DNA of 63,037 nucleotides from a virus (IMGVR_UViG_3300035670_010208:1-63037), one strand, 5' to 3'; positions 28,583-38,623 are shown, counted from the stretch's first letter. Notes: a model not told the origin generated them from the sequence alone. Numbers and translations: made by a program.

Positions 28583-28845
28583 GAAAATTTAATCTTGTTC
28601 CAGAAGAAAATGGATCAGAAATATCTTGGTTCTGCACATTCTTCATGAAACAAGATTGGATTCTTCCAATTAGCATCGTTGATGACTATAACGCAAATCT
28701 ACATGAAGCAATAAATGAAATGATATGCGAGCATAATTGGAGGCTCTATGAGATACTAAGTTTGCCAATTGGACTTAGAAATTTTCATAAAAATTGTATA
28801 AACAATAGAGTTCAAAGAAAAAACGATCAAATGTCCGAAAAGTGA
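28561..28845 (+). CDS. Second (-1 frame) tail assembly chaperone ORF, likely expressed as a frameshift fusion
   Basis: The 66-aa ORF (ATG 28645, no SD) extends upstream in frame to the slippery site; WRLYEILSLPIGLRNF resembles the small chaperone (T/gp51-like) motif. Confidence 0.65.
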   Translation, partial: FFISKIIRKFNLVPEENGSEISWFCTFFMKQDWILPISIVDDYNANLHEAINEMICEHNWRLYEILSLPIGLRNFHKNCINNRVQRKNDQMSEK

Positions 28846-28852
28846 AAAAAAA

Positions 28853-28876
28853 CACCCCAGATTTTCTGGGGTTTTT
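28853..28876 (+). terminator. Rho-independent terminator
   Basis: ACCCCAGA-TTT-TCTGGGGT followed by TTTT. Confidence 0.75.
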
Positions 28877-28910
28877 GCTATTTATATTGTAAAATTATAG
28901 GATTTACCAA

Positions 28911-31553
28911 ATGGCAGCTCCACCACCAAATAATGATTACGCTCAAGAAACACAGAAGCTTAAAGAAGTAAATGAATTTATAGAAAAAGCTTTTGAGAAT
29001 ACAGAAAAAATGAGCGAAAAGCTAAAGAATAGCATTAAGGAACTAGCCGAAAGGGCGAAAGAGGCAGGAGCTTTTATAGAAAAAGCAAAATCAGGCTTTC
29101 AGGGTGATGAATTACTAGAAAGAGTTGGAAGAACTGCTCAAAAAGTGCTTGAGGCAGCAACCAAAGAAAACATACAAAAATCACAAGAGTTAATAGAGTT
29201 AGCCAAACAAAGAATAGAGCTTGAAGAAAAAATAGCGACTTTAACCATAGGTAGCAAGGAAAGAGAGGAAGAAGAAAAAGCGTTAGATGATCTTGAAAAA
29301 AATTCAAAAACAAAGAAGGCTGCTTTAGAAGAAAACGAAAAAAAACTTAAAAACCTTCAAGCTCTTTCTGAAAAATATAGCAAAAATGTTTATGGTGTAT
29401 TTCAAAACTATTTAGGGATTAAAGATTTAACTAAAACAGGTTTCACCACTATGTTTCAAAACATAGAAATTGGTGGTGTCAAAATGACAAAATTTAGATT
29501 GCTTTTAAATGAGGCAAAAGATGCTTTTGTTAAGCTGGTAAATCCACTAAATCTCATAAACAACATTTTGAACGTAATGTCTATTAATACATTAAAAGCT
29601 GTCAAACAGTGGGACAGCATGATAAATGAATTCGAAAGAGCTACAGGTATCGTGAATCAATATGATGATTTGTTGTTTTCTCTTTGGAGAAACAATTTAG
29701 ATTTAGGTGTCTCTGCTGAAAAAGCTGGGCAAGCCTACAAAGTTCTTATAAATGAATTTATTGGATTTACTTCTGTTTCTAAGGAAAACAAAGAGAAGAT
29801 GGGTGACATGTTGGTCATCATGGATAGGCTTGGTGTGTCCTTTGAAGATTTTACGAAAACCACATCTTTTATGATGGATGTTTTAGGTCAATCTTTTGAA
29901 TCTGTATCCAAGTTTAGAGGTGAACTAATGGGTCTAGCAGATCAAATGGGTTTACCTCTACAGCAAGTATTCAAAGGTTTTAATGAAGCTGCCCCTAAAT
30001 TAACAAAATGGGGAAATGAAGCCACAGAAGTGTTTAAAAAGCTAATAGTTCAAGCAAAAGGTCTTAGGCTTTCGACAAGTGAACTTTTGGCTGTCGTAGA
30101 AAATTTTGACACCTTCGATGAAGCTGTTCCAAAAGTTGCAAGACTAAACGCTATTTTGGGTGGTCCATATCTAAACACCATCGAAATGATGAAGATGAAA
30201 GAGGACGAGAGAGCAGAGGCTATGATTAAGGCTTTTCATGCTTCTGGTAAAATGTGGGAGACTCTTTCTGCTCAAGAGAAACAAGCTGTTGCGAGAGCTG
30301 CTGGCATTAATGACTTAACTGTTGCACAGAGGATGTTTACGCAATCAATCGAAGAACACAGAAAAGCTCTACAGGGTTCAGCTGTATCAGAAGAAGAGGC
30401 AAAAACAAGAGCAGAGGCTACACTAGCAATTCAGGAAAAACTTGCAAGCATAGCTTCTGCGTTTGCTGTTTTGGTAAGACCAATAGTGGCAGTTATTGAT
30501 CAACTTCTAACTTGGTTCTTACAATTTAATGATTGGGTTGGAGGGTATCTTCCAGAGATATTGCTTGGAGGGCTAACCGCGATATGGTTTTTTACTGGTG
30601 GATTGAAAAAGGCTTTTACATGGTTTAAGGAATTGTTTTCTGGTGGTGGCGAAGAAGGTGGTGGAATATTTAAGAGTATAGGAAATTTCTTTAAAAATAC
30701 TGGAGAGTTAGTTAAAAAAGGTGGCGTTGCAATAATTGATGCGCTTAAAGGAATTGGTGGAAAAGTTACTGAATTTATGAAAAGTTTCGGCCCTAAATTT
30801 GTTGAAGGTGCTGGAAAAATAATAAGTGCAATCGGAAATGTTTTGAAAACAGCAGGAACTGCTTTAATAAACGGTATTGGTGCTGTAGGGAAAGCGTTAG
30901 TTACAAATGCTCCGTATATAATATTAGGTGCTGCTGTTATTGCAGCGTCAATAGCAATATTGGCAGCAGGACTTAAGGCTCTTGCTTGGGGTATTGAAGC
31001 AGTAGATAAAGCATTTTCTGGTGTAGCAAAAGAGCAAGCAAGAGTTGATATGATAAAAGACATGCTTCAGTTTGGCGACGCAGAATCTAGACTAGAAGGT
31101 TTATCAAAAGGTTTAGAAAGTGTTGTAGAAAGTTTTACTAAATTTGGAGATATACCAAGCGACAGCATAGACAATGTGGAATCAATAATGAAATCGTTGA
31201 AAGAAAGTCTGCCAGAGATGGCAACTATGAAAATTGGAGCGCAAGTAATTCCATTCTTAGAATCATTAGGAAATATAGTACAACCACTGTCGGTTTCTTC
31301 AGAAAATACTTCAAAAGTTTTTGAAAACGTAAAGACTCAAATAAAAGAAATTGCAGCAATCAAGCCAGATAAAGAGACAGTGCAGGCCCTTAAAGAACTT
31401 GCATCAATCATGAAAGCCCAAACAGAAGCTAAACCAATGACATTTACAGCAGAAATAAACGATCATATTCTTGCTAAGTTTGTTACAAAAACAATGAATA
31501 GTGCAATCACTCCAAACACTCAAGCAGGAAAGACAATAAATCCAGTTCTATAA
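28911..31553 (+). CDS. Tape measure protein
   Basis: 880-aa alpha-helical Ala/Gly/Lys-rich protein with hydrophobic segments and periodic aromatic residues; position after the chaperones. Confidence 0.85.
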   Translation: MAAPPPNNDYAQETQKLKEVNEFIEKAFENTEKMSEKLKNSIKELAERAKEAGAFIEKAKSGFQGDELLERVGRTAQKVLEAATKENIQKSQELIELAKQRIELEEKIATLTIGSKEREEEEKALDDLEKNSKTKKAALEENEKKLKNLQALSEKYSKNVYGVFQNYLGIKDLTKTGFTTMFQNIEIGGVKMTKFRLLLNEAKDAFVKLVNPLNLINNILNVMSINTLKAVKQWDSMINEFERATGIVNQYDDLLFSLWRNNLDLGVSAEKAGQAYKVLINEFIGFTSVSKENKEKMGDMLVIMDRLGVSFEDFTKTTSFMMDVLGQSFESVSKFRGELMGLADQMGLPLQQVFKGFNEAAPKLTKWGNEATEVFKKLIVQAKGLRLSTSELLAVVENFDTFDEAVPKVARLNAILGGPYLNTIEMMKMKEDERAEAMIKAFHASGKMWETLSAQEKQAVARAAGINDLTVAQRMFTQSIEEHRKALQGSAVSEEEAKTRAEATLAIQEKLASIASAFAVLVRPIVAVIDQLLTWFLQFNDWVGGYLPEILLGGLTAIWFFTGGLKKAFTWFKELFSGGGEEGGGIFKSIGNFFKNTGELVKKGGVAIIDALKGIGGKVTEFMKSFGPKFVEGAGKIISAIGNVLKTAGTALINGIGAVGKALVTNAPYIILGAAVIAASIAILAAGLKALAWGIEAVDKAFSGVAKEQARVDMIKDMLQFGDAESRLEGLSKGLESVVESFTKFGDIPSDSIDNVESIMKSLKESLPEMATMKIGAQVIPFLESLGNIVQPLSVSSENTSKVFENVKTQIKEIAAIKPDKETVQALKELASIMKAQTEAKPMTFTAEINDHILAKFVTKTMNSAITPNTQAGKTINPVL

Positions 31554-31566
31554 TAAAGGATAAAAT

Positions 31567-32586
31567 ATGAGCAATTCAGAGCCAGGCTATATTACCACAT
31601 CTAGAGCAAGTGGACTTGTGTTGGAATTTCAATATATGGCAGCTAAAGAGAACACTCAACAAGCTGGAGTTTTAAGGCCTAAATCTGTAAAGTTTTCGGC
31701 AATGTTGAAATCTATCTCAGATCAGTATGAATCTTCATGGGAATCTGAGGATGTCTGGGGCAGGATGGATGGTATTTATAATTATCAAAACACAAAAAGA
31801 AAATACAACCTTACATGGGATATTCCTGCCTGGGATTTAGCTGAAGCAAAAGATAACTTAAGAAATGTTGGCATCCTTGCAAACTTTCTGTACCCAGGAA
31901 TAACATCAAATCTTTTTACAAAACCAAATGGACAGGGTGGTCAACTGTTTAAAGCAAATATAACAGATATAAAGTCGCCACCTATTCTTACATTAAAATA
32001 CGGAAACCTAATAAGAGATGTAAATACAGGTGGAGGGCTTTATGGATTTATTGACGGTGGTTTTTCTGTAAACATGAAAGTAGAACAAGGAATGTTCGCA
32101 GAATCATGGGGAGCAGAAGGGCAACTTGTTAACAAGGGGTTAGAGGCATATCATCAAAGAAGAGACTATCTTAACCTTTATCCAAAAATGATAGAATTAA
32201 GCATTTCATATAGAGTTCTCCATAGCCATAAGTTAGGGTTTGACATTCAGACAAATCAGGTAGATGATCAATCTGTTGATATGTTCCCATATGGTTTTGA
32301 CAGAAATGTTATATTAGATCAGCCACAAGGGGAATTATCAGAAGTGCCAGAAGAAACGTCTCCATTGTTGGAAAGCTTTACTGTTTCTAGCGATTGGGCA
32401 GCTGTAAAAGATTATTCAGGAGATGGTGTTGAAAACAATCAGACTTCCGGTCTTTCCGTAGCAGAGGCTAGAAAACAAGAAGAAGATCTTAAAGCTCTTG
32501 AAATAGACGGCAACAGAAGAACGCTATACAGAACAAATAATGGATTTATGAATGTACCAGTGCAGAATAGACCAAATGGAGAATAA
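31567..32586 (+). CDS. Baseplate / tail tube initiator-like protein
   Basis: SDQYESSWESEDVWGRMDGIYNYQNTKR...LYP...PPILTLKYGNLI; follows the tape measure gene. Confidence 0.6.
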   Translation: MSNSEPGYITTSRASGLVLEFQYMAAKENTQQAGVLRPKSVKFSAMLKSISDQYESSWESEDVWGRMDGIYNYQNTKRKYNLTWDIPAWDLAEAKDNLRNVGILANFLYPGITSNLFTKPNGQGGQLFKANITDIKSPPILTLKYGNLIRDVNTGGGLYGFIDGGFSVNMKVEQGMFAESWGAEGQLVNKGLEAYHQRRDYLNLYPKMIELSISYRVLHSHKLGFDIQTNQVDDQSVDMFPYGFDRNVILDQPQGELSEVPEETSPLLESFTVSSDWAAVKDYSGDGVENNQTSGLSVAEARKQEEDLKALEIDGNRRTLYRTNNGFMNVPVQNRPNGE

Positions 32587-32588
32587 CA

Positions 32589-32927
32589 ATGTCAAGAGAT
32601 TCATCCAGAAAAGTTTCGCAAATAAACATAGATACATATCAAGAAATGCTTCAAAACAGAAGCATAAAAAGTGCAAATATTTATGAGTCCATGGAGCTTT
32701 ATTACCCAACTAAGTCGCAGCTAAAAAACGTAACAATGATACAAGAAACATGGAAAGATGGAGATAGATTTTATAAATATGCAAATATATATTACTCAGA
32801 TCCGTCTTTATGGTACATAATTGCCTTCATTAACAACGCTCCAACAGATTCTCATGTGGTGCTTGGGCAAAATATACTAATACCAACACCAGCAGAACTT
32901 GTACTGAAGTACATACACAACAAATAA
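32589..32927 (+). CDS. LysM-like baseplate wedge protein (gp53 / tail X-like)
   Basis: WKDGDRFYKYANIYYSDPSLWYIIAFIN...GQNILIP. Confidence 0.75.
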   Translation: MSRDSSRKVSQINIDTYQEMLQNRSIKSANIYESMELYYPTKSQLKNVTMIQETWKDGDRFYKYANIYYSDPSLWYIIAFINNAPTDSHVVLGQNILIPTPAELVLKYIHNK

Positions 32928-32938
32928 GGAATTTAAAA

Positions 32939-33253
32939 ATGTCTAAATTTAATATTATTTTTGAAAATGTTGATTTAACTTTGCCAAATGCAGAATGGAT
33001 AAATATGTTTGGTGATTTTGTCAAAAAATATGTTACAGGAGAACAAACTGACTTACAAAATAAAGCAAAAATAAAAGGAACAAGAGATCAGATTAATTCA
33101 TTCATGGAAGCTCTAAAACAAGAAAGGAAATATTTCCTACTTGCTCAAAAAGAAGGCGCTATGAGCAGAGATCTAATGGAGCAAGAAAATGTTGTTAAGA
33201 AAGCTGTAGAAACTTTTGAGCAAATTACAAAGATACCATGGCCAATTAGGTAA
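32939..33253 (+). CDS. Hypothetical protein
   Basis: AAGGA SD; in the structural operon. Confidence 0.7.
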   Translation: MSKFNIIFENVDLTLPNAEWINMFGDFVKKYVTGEQTDLQNKAKIKGTRDQINSFMEALKQERKYFLLAQKEGAMSRDLMEQENVVKKAVETFEQITKIPWPIR

Positions 33254-33258
33254 AAAAA

Positions 33259-35793
33259 ATGTCAGCAAACGTAGCGTTAAATGAAACAAAACAAAATATC
33301 TTATTAAGAAACTGTAAAAAAATTTCAGACTTCTTAAACAGAAGAGGTGCGGACGCAACGTCCAGAGTTCAATCAAGAGGGTTTTATACCTTACAAATAA
33401 ACGAACCAGAGCTTGCTATAAATAAAATTACAGGAATAGATCCTAAGTATGCTGCTAGATTTATAAATATGAAAAATCTAGAAAGAAATTTTCTAGTGCC
33501 CATATTAGAAATATCAAGAGTTGCATCTGATGGAATAGAAACGCCAATTCAATTTACTGGACATTTTACTGAAGAATATGTCAATTTTATGCAAGATCCA
33601 AAAATTGATGTACTTTCTCAAGATGGTGCGCCTGTATCTGGTTGCGGCATAAAAAGACTTACAATAGAAGAAAGACCAGAGAACTTAGCGGACGTAAACA
33701 TAAAAGCAACAATGGAACTTGTTTTTGAGAACGCAGCAGCGCTACTTCAATCGAACATCAGAGAGCTAATAACAGTTCCAAAAAAAATGACAAAAGAAGA
33801 TCCTCTAGACTATAGACTAAGAGTGAGAGTGGGATGGAGGGTCCCAGAGGATGTATCTGGATATATAGATGATGAATTTAAGGAAGCTATTGATAAATGT
33901 AATAAGTTGTACTTGTTTGAATTAATTGGACACAATCTTTCATTTAAATCAAATGGTAAAATAAGTTTAACTATAAACTATCAGGGTGCGCTTGAGGCGG
34001 CATTCGAATCAGAAAGAGCTGATATTTTAAGTTTGGACAATTTTGAATATAGATTTTATACTCTAACAAAAGATGTTTTTGTTGCTTTAGAAAACTACAA
34101 AAAAGAGAAAAAAGAACTTGAAGATCTTTTGAAAAAAAAGGATGAAATATACACTAATAGCAGTCAATTTGAAATTGAAAGAAAAGTCAAAGAAATTGAC
34201 TCTAAAATTAAAACAAAAGAAGAAGAAATTCAAAAATCAAAGAAAACTTTATTAAACTTTACTTATTCAAAATTTTTAAATAAACTGTATAAAAATAGTT
34301 TTCTTTATACTATAGAAATTGAAGAAGAATGGTTTAAAACGCAACCTTTCAAAAGCCTTAATGATCTTGCGCAAACGCTTATTTCTGCTACAAACTTTGG
34401 TCTTGAGGCAGCTGGTAGCACCTCTACATACAGTCTTCTAGATCTAGCAATACCAGGAGCAACATCTCAGGACTTCTTGACAAAAGATCCAGAGGTAGAG
34501 AAAAGACCGATTGGAGATATTCGTCCAGAAAATGGGCAAGCGACACCAAATGTTGTAAGTGTAACTGATTCAGAAATAGAGTTTAACGGCACAGATCCTG
34601 ATGGCACAGGAGAAGAGCCAGATCCTGACGAAGACGAGGTTGATGAAGATAAAGTAAAAATAGCTTTTTTTACATACGGCGACCTAATTGAAAGCATAGT
34701 AGATACATTGTTAGTTGGAAATTTAGAGCAATATAAAATTGTATTAGGTTCTATAAGATATTACAATAACAAAGATCAGACAACTTCTCTGATAAATTTA
34801 GCTGATATTCCAATATCTGTCGATCTTTTTAATCAATGGTTTTTTAACACTGTTATAAAAGAAAGAAGAGAGACAATGTTTTTAAAACAGTTTATAATAG
34901 AAAGTTTGCAAACTCTGATAACTCCACTACTTGGATTTAAGAACTCAGCAGGGCAGCCATTGTTTGGAAACTTTGCACCAGATATTACAATCATCACATC
35001 TACAGAAAATATTTCTCTGAGAAACTTTGATTCAAAAGTGTTATCAGAAACCGATCTTAAAAATATTATAAGAACATCAGAAAAAGATATAAAAAAATCA
35101 CAAAAAACATATCAATATATGATTGTAAATTTATTGTGGCCTCCTCCGGGTACATTAAAAGGAAAATTTGAAGACGATTTAGAAAATGGCATACAGCATA
35201 TAAGGCTTGGACAAACAGATGGTATACTTAGAAATATATCTTTTGAAAAAACAGATTTCTCTGAATATCGTTCTGCAAGAATGGTAGGAGATCAACTAAA
35301 TACAGCTGGTCAAATACTAAGAGAACAATATGACTGCACTGTTAACGTCATAGGGAATCCTTTGTTTCATAACGGATCTTATTTTTATGTAGACTCTGTG
35401 TACATGGGAGATATAGGAAGAGCCGCACAGAACATATTAGGAGTTGGTGGTTATTATTTGATAAACGGAATAGAAACAACTATTTATCCGCATAAGTATG
35501 ACATGACAGTAAAAGGTTTCTGGCAATTTGCTGGGACTGAGTTTTATGGAACACAGGCAGATATGATAAACGGACAAGAAGGAAGGGGTGCCGTAAGAAC
35601 AGACCTTAAGAGACAAATTGGAAATATTGATAATGCTGTAACTTCTGCACAAACACCAGTTCAAGCGATAGAAAACACACAGCCACCACCTGTTACTATT
35701 GTGCCTGGTCGGTTTGAACAACAAGGACCACTTACCGAACAAGAGAAAGAGCAGCAAAAATTAGATGACGCTCAAGCCGCTGCGATTTTTTAA
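33259..35793 (+). CDS. Putative baseplate hub protein (gp27 / late control D-like)
   Basis: GIKRLTI, LRVRVGW, LTINYQG and C-terminal VIGNPLF...LGVGGYYLINGIE; position in the baseplate cluster. Confidence 0.55.
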   Translation: MSANVALNETKQNILLRNCKKISDFLNRRGADATSRVQSRGFYTLQINEPELAINKITGIDPKYAARFINMKNLERNFLVPILEISRVASDGIETPIQFTGHFTEEYVNFMQDPKIDVLSQDGAPVSGCGIKRLTIEERPENLADVNIKATMELVFENAAALLQSNIRELITVPKKMTKEDPLDYRLRVRVGWRVPEDVSGYIDDEFKEAIDKCNKLYLFELIGHNLSFKSNGKISLTINYQGALEAAFESERADILSLDNFEYRFYTLTKDVFVALENYKKEKKELEDLLKKKDEIYTNSSQFEIERKVKEIDSKIKTKEEEIQKSKKTLLNFTYSKFLNKLYKNSFLYTIEIEEEWFKTQPFKSLNDLAQTLISATNFGLEAAGSTSTYSLLDLAIPGATSQDFLTKDPEVEKRPIGDIRPENGQATPNVVSVTDSEIEFNGTDPDGTGEEPDPDEDEVDEDKVKIAFFTYGDLIESIVDTLLVGNLEQYKIVLGSIRYYNNKDQTTSLINLADIPISVDLFNQWFFNTVIKERRETMFLKQFIIESLQTLITPLLGFKNSAGQPLFGNFAPDITIITSTENISLRNFDSKVLSETDLKNIIRTSEKDIKKSQKTYQYMIVNLLWPPPGTLKGKFEDDLENGIQHIRLGQTDGILRNISFEKTDFSEYRSARMVGDQLNTAGQILREQYDCTVNVIGNPLFHNGSYFYVDSVYMGDIGRAAQNILGVGGYYLINGIETTIYPHKYDMTVKGFWQFAGTEFYGTQADMINGQEGRGAVRTDLKRQIGNIDNAVTSAQTPVQAIENTQPPPVTIVPGRFEQQGPLTEQEKEQQKLDDAQAAAIF

Positions 35794-35802
35794 AAATAAA
35801 TT

Positions 35803-36768
35803 ATGTTAAAAGATTTTTTTGAACAACAAATAGTATACGATGCTCTAGGAAGAACTAGAGATAACATTTTTGACTTTTCTAGGTTTTTAGAATACGGAAA
35901 GGTCAACGATTACAGTTATTATGTTCCAAAAAGAGAAGATATAACAAAGTTTCCTTCTTTTGGAGAGCAATCTGCTTTAAAGTTTGTTGTTTCTGATTTT
36001 GAAAAACTTTTATCCGATCTAAACTATTCTTGTTTTATTGGAAATATACCAAACGAGAGCTTGTTTCATATAAACAACATAGATATTAAAAAATCTTATA
36101 TGAATCCATATGTTCAATATTATAATTATCTTTTTGGACACTTTAAGGTGTATCTGTATCTTGGAAAAGATGATGTAACATGCGCTGGCATGATTAAAAA
36201 CTTTCTTGAATTTATTAAATTAAATAATTATAAATTTACAATATATCACGCTCTAGAGACAGGAATCTGTGATATATTTACATCTGGTTTGGCTATAGCT
36301 TATACAGACAATAATGTGGAAAAAAAAGATATATACGAAGATCTTTCGTTTAGTTATTTTCTAAATTTGTGCAAAAAGCACAATTTTTATGTCCATAAAA
36401 ACAAACCAACTATTATGGTATATAAAATTAATCCTTCTTATGATTTCTCATCGCATGTTCAAGCAGACGATGACAAGTTATTTAGTTTCTATAAGATTTT
36501 CTTTGAAAAATGTTGGGAACTATATAGAGAAGTTTATAAAAACAATATAGATGCAAGAAATAACTATTTTCAAATAGACAATAATCATTTTTTTAGCTTC
36601 CTAACTGAGAGAAGATTATTTGAAAAAAAATTACCAGTTGAAGGGATGCTTTCTGCAATTACTGATCTACAACAAAGACTAGGGTACGCAGAAGCGATGA
36701 AGGTCTTAAACTCATCAAGATTAAAAGATGATACCAATTCACCCATCCCAGAAATACAACTTATGTGA
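35803..36768 (+). CDS. Hypothetical protein
   Basis: 321-aa ORF in the operon. Confidence 0.7.
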   Translation: MLKDFFEQQIVYDALGRTRDNIFDFSRFLEYGKVNDYSYYVPKREDITKFPSFGEQSALKFVVSDFEKLLSDLNYSCFIGNIPNESLFHINNIDIKKSYMNPYVQYYNYLFGHFKVYLYLGKDDVTCAGMIKNFLEFIKLNNYKFTIYHALETGICDIFTSGLAIAYTDNNVEKKDIYEDLSFSYFLNLCKKHNFYVHKNKPTIMVYKINPSYDFSSHVQADDDKLFSFYKIFFEKCWELYREVYKNNIDARNNYFQIDNNHFFSFLTERRLFEKKLPVEGMLSAITDLQQRLGYAEAMKVLNSSRLKDDTNSPIPEIQLM

Positions 36769-37816
36769 TACAGAATCTTACTGTACATGGAACTTTAATC
36801 CAGCAATAGACGAAATAAATATTGAATACTGTTGCATATACGCGAATACTCCTTATATAAACGAAGTCTCTACGCTAGAGAAAAAAGATAACGCTATATT
36901 GTCAAAGCTTTTTTCGAACATTAAAGCTATTGAAAATTCTAAAATAAATGTATTAAATGTAAATATATATGACTATATACCTTCTCATATAGTTTCTGAA
37001 TATGTAGAGTATCATAATGCTGTATGTCAGCACGTACTTTCTAATTTTGAAAAACCAGCCGACTATGATATAGTTAAAATGCTATTAAAAAGCTTGTATA
37101 AAATATCCAGCAGAAGCTTAAGTGTATCAAGCAACGATATGAGAGAAAAATACGGAAATCAAATTTGTCTACACCCATTTACCAAAACAGGAAGGTTGGG
37201 CGTAGTTCATAAAACATTTCCAATACTTTCTTTGAAAAAAGATGATAGAAAATTTTTAACTCCAAAAAATGATTATTTTCTTGAATTAGATCACAATGGA
37301 GCAGAGATCAGAACGCTGATGTATCTTTGTGGCATGGAACAACCAGACACAGATGTTTATATGTTCATAAACAAAGAGTGTTACAAAAACTCTCTAACAA
37401 GAGAAGAGATTAAAAAAAATATAATTACAACGCTATATTCTGGGACTGATAATATTGGCAGCCTATCAAACATTTTTGACATAAAATCTCTAAAAGATAA
37501 GTATTTTATTGACAATTATGTAGTAACGCCATTTGGTAAAAAAATAAAGAGCGACGATTATCATTTTTTGAACTACCTATGTCAGTCAACATTTTCTTAT
37601 GTGTTTTATTTTCAAATGATGAACATGCAAGAGTTTTTAAAAAACAAAAAAAGTTATGTTGCGTTTCCTATGCACGATAGTTTGATTATAGATTTAGCAG
37701 AAGAAGATGTTTCTTGTGCGAGAGAAATAGTTTCTCTTTATTCAAATACTGTTTTTGGTAAATTTTTAGTCAATAAAAAGCTAGGAATAAACTATTTAGA
37801 TATGGTAAAGGTATGA
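36728..37816 (+). CDS. Compact family A DNA polymerase domain protein
   Basis: TKTGRL, motif A ELDHNGAEIRTL, motif B REEIKKNIITTLY, TPFGK, NYLCQST and motif C PMHDSLIID. Confidence 0.78.
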   Translation: MIPIHPSQKYNLCDTESYCTWNFNPAIDEINIEYCCIYANTPYINEVSTLEKKDNAILSKLFSNIKAIENSKINVLNVNIYDYIPSHIVSEYVEYHNAVCQHVLSNFEKPADYDIVKMLLKSLYKISSRSLSVSSNDMREKYGNQICLHPFTKTGRLGVVHKTFPILSLKKDDRKFLTPKNDYFLELDHNGAEIRTLMYLCGMEQPDTDVYMFINKECYKNSLTREEIKKNIITTLYSGTDNIGSLSNIFDIKSLKDKYFIDNYVVTPFGKKIKSDDYHFLNYLCQSTFSYVFYFQMMNMQEFLKNKKSYVAFPMHDSLIIDLAEEDVSCAREIVSLYSNTVFGKFLVNKKLGINYLDMVKV

Positions 37817-38610
37817 TTTTAACTGTTTCTGACTATTTGTCACTAGAAGATAGTTATCTTATTTCTTCTTCTACTAAATCAAAAATAAAAACTCCTAAAT
37901 TTAAAAATTTAGAAGAGTGTGAAAATTGGTTTATCGAAAACAACATTGACTTAGAAATAAGTGACAAAAACATCACACTTGTTTTGATGGGTGGCGATAG
38001 CTTGTGCGGATCAGCCTTATATTTGTGTGAAAATTTAACAAAAAAATCAAATAAAATCAACATCGTGTATTTTATACAAGAACAATCTAGACTATCTTTA
38101 AACGAAAAGACTAATAACAAAATTGCGGGAAATGTTCTTCAAGAATATGCAAGATCTGGTTTGATAGAATCAATTTGTCTAATTGACCTATCTGTAATAA
38201 ATAGAATTTATGAAAACATTCCTATTCTGAGATATAAACAATATGAAAATCTAGTCGTTAGTGATATAGTTAATTTTATTGACTGGACAAGCACTAACCC
38301 AGAACCAATTTATGGAAAAAATATTGAAAATTCAGCCATAAATAGGATAAAGACTGTATCGTATGTGTTTTTACAAAATGCACAGAAAATAGATTTCTTT
38401 AACCTAGAAATGTCATCACTTGCTGAGAAAAATTTTTATTTTTTGATGTCTGATACAGAGCTTGACAGCAACGCATCCGCTCTTAGCATCATCAAGACAA
38501 TAGTGGGCGATGACAACAACTCTAGCTTTGCAGTTTATAACATAGGGAGTTCTGTCAGGGCTAATCATTTTTGTATAAACTCTACCAATCTGGTAAAACA
38601 AATAAATTAA
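37813..38610 (+). CDS. Hypothetical protein, possible degenerate tubulin/FtsZ (PhuZ-like) GTPase domain
   Basis: The CDS is clear. The fold is inferred from the pattern LVLMGGDSLCGS...INIVYF...N...VLQEYARSG...ICLID; there is no intact GGGTGS/TG motif. Confidence 0.45.
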   Translation: MILTVSDYLSLEDSYLISSSTKSKIKTPKFKNLEECENWFIENNIDLEISDKNITLVLMGGDSLCGSALYLCENLTKKSNKINIVYFIQEQSRLSLNEKTNNKIAGNVLQEYARSGLIESICLIDLSVINRIYENIPILRYKQYENLVVSDIVNFIDWTSTNPEPIYGKNIENSAINRIKTVSYVFLQNAQKIDFFNLEMSSLAEKNFYFLMSDTELDSNASALSIIKTIVGDDNNSSFAVYNIGSSVRANHFCINSTNLVKQIN

Positions 38611-38623
38611 AAAGGTGGTAAAT

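Noticed and set aside
30500-31063. 187-aa antisense ORF inside the tape measure gene, and similar antisense ORFs (e.g. 39560-40072, 38956-39315, 44595-44957, 59981-60331)
   Set aside because: Shadow frames opposite well-supported genes; no motifs or SD.
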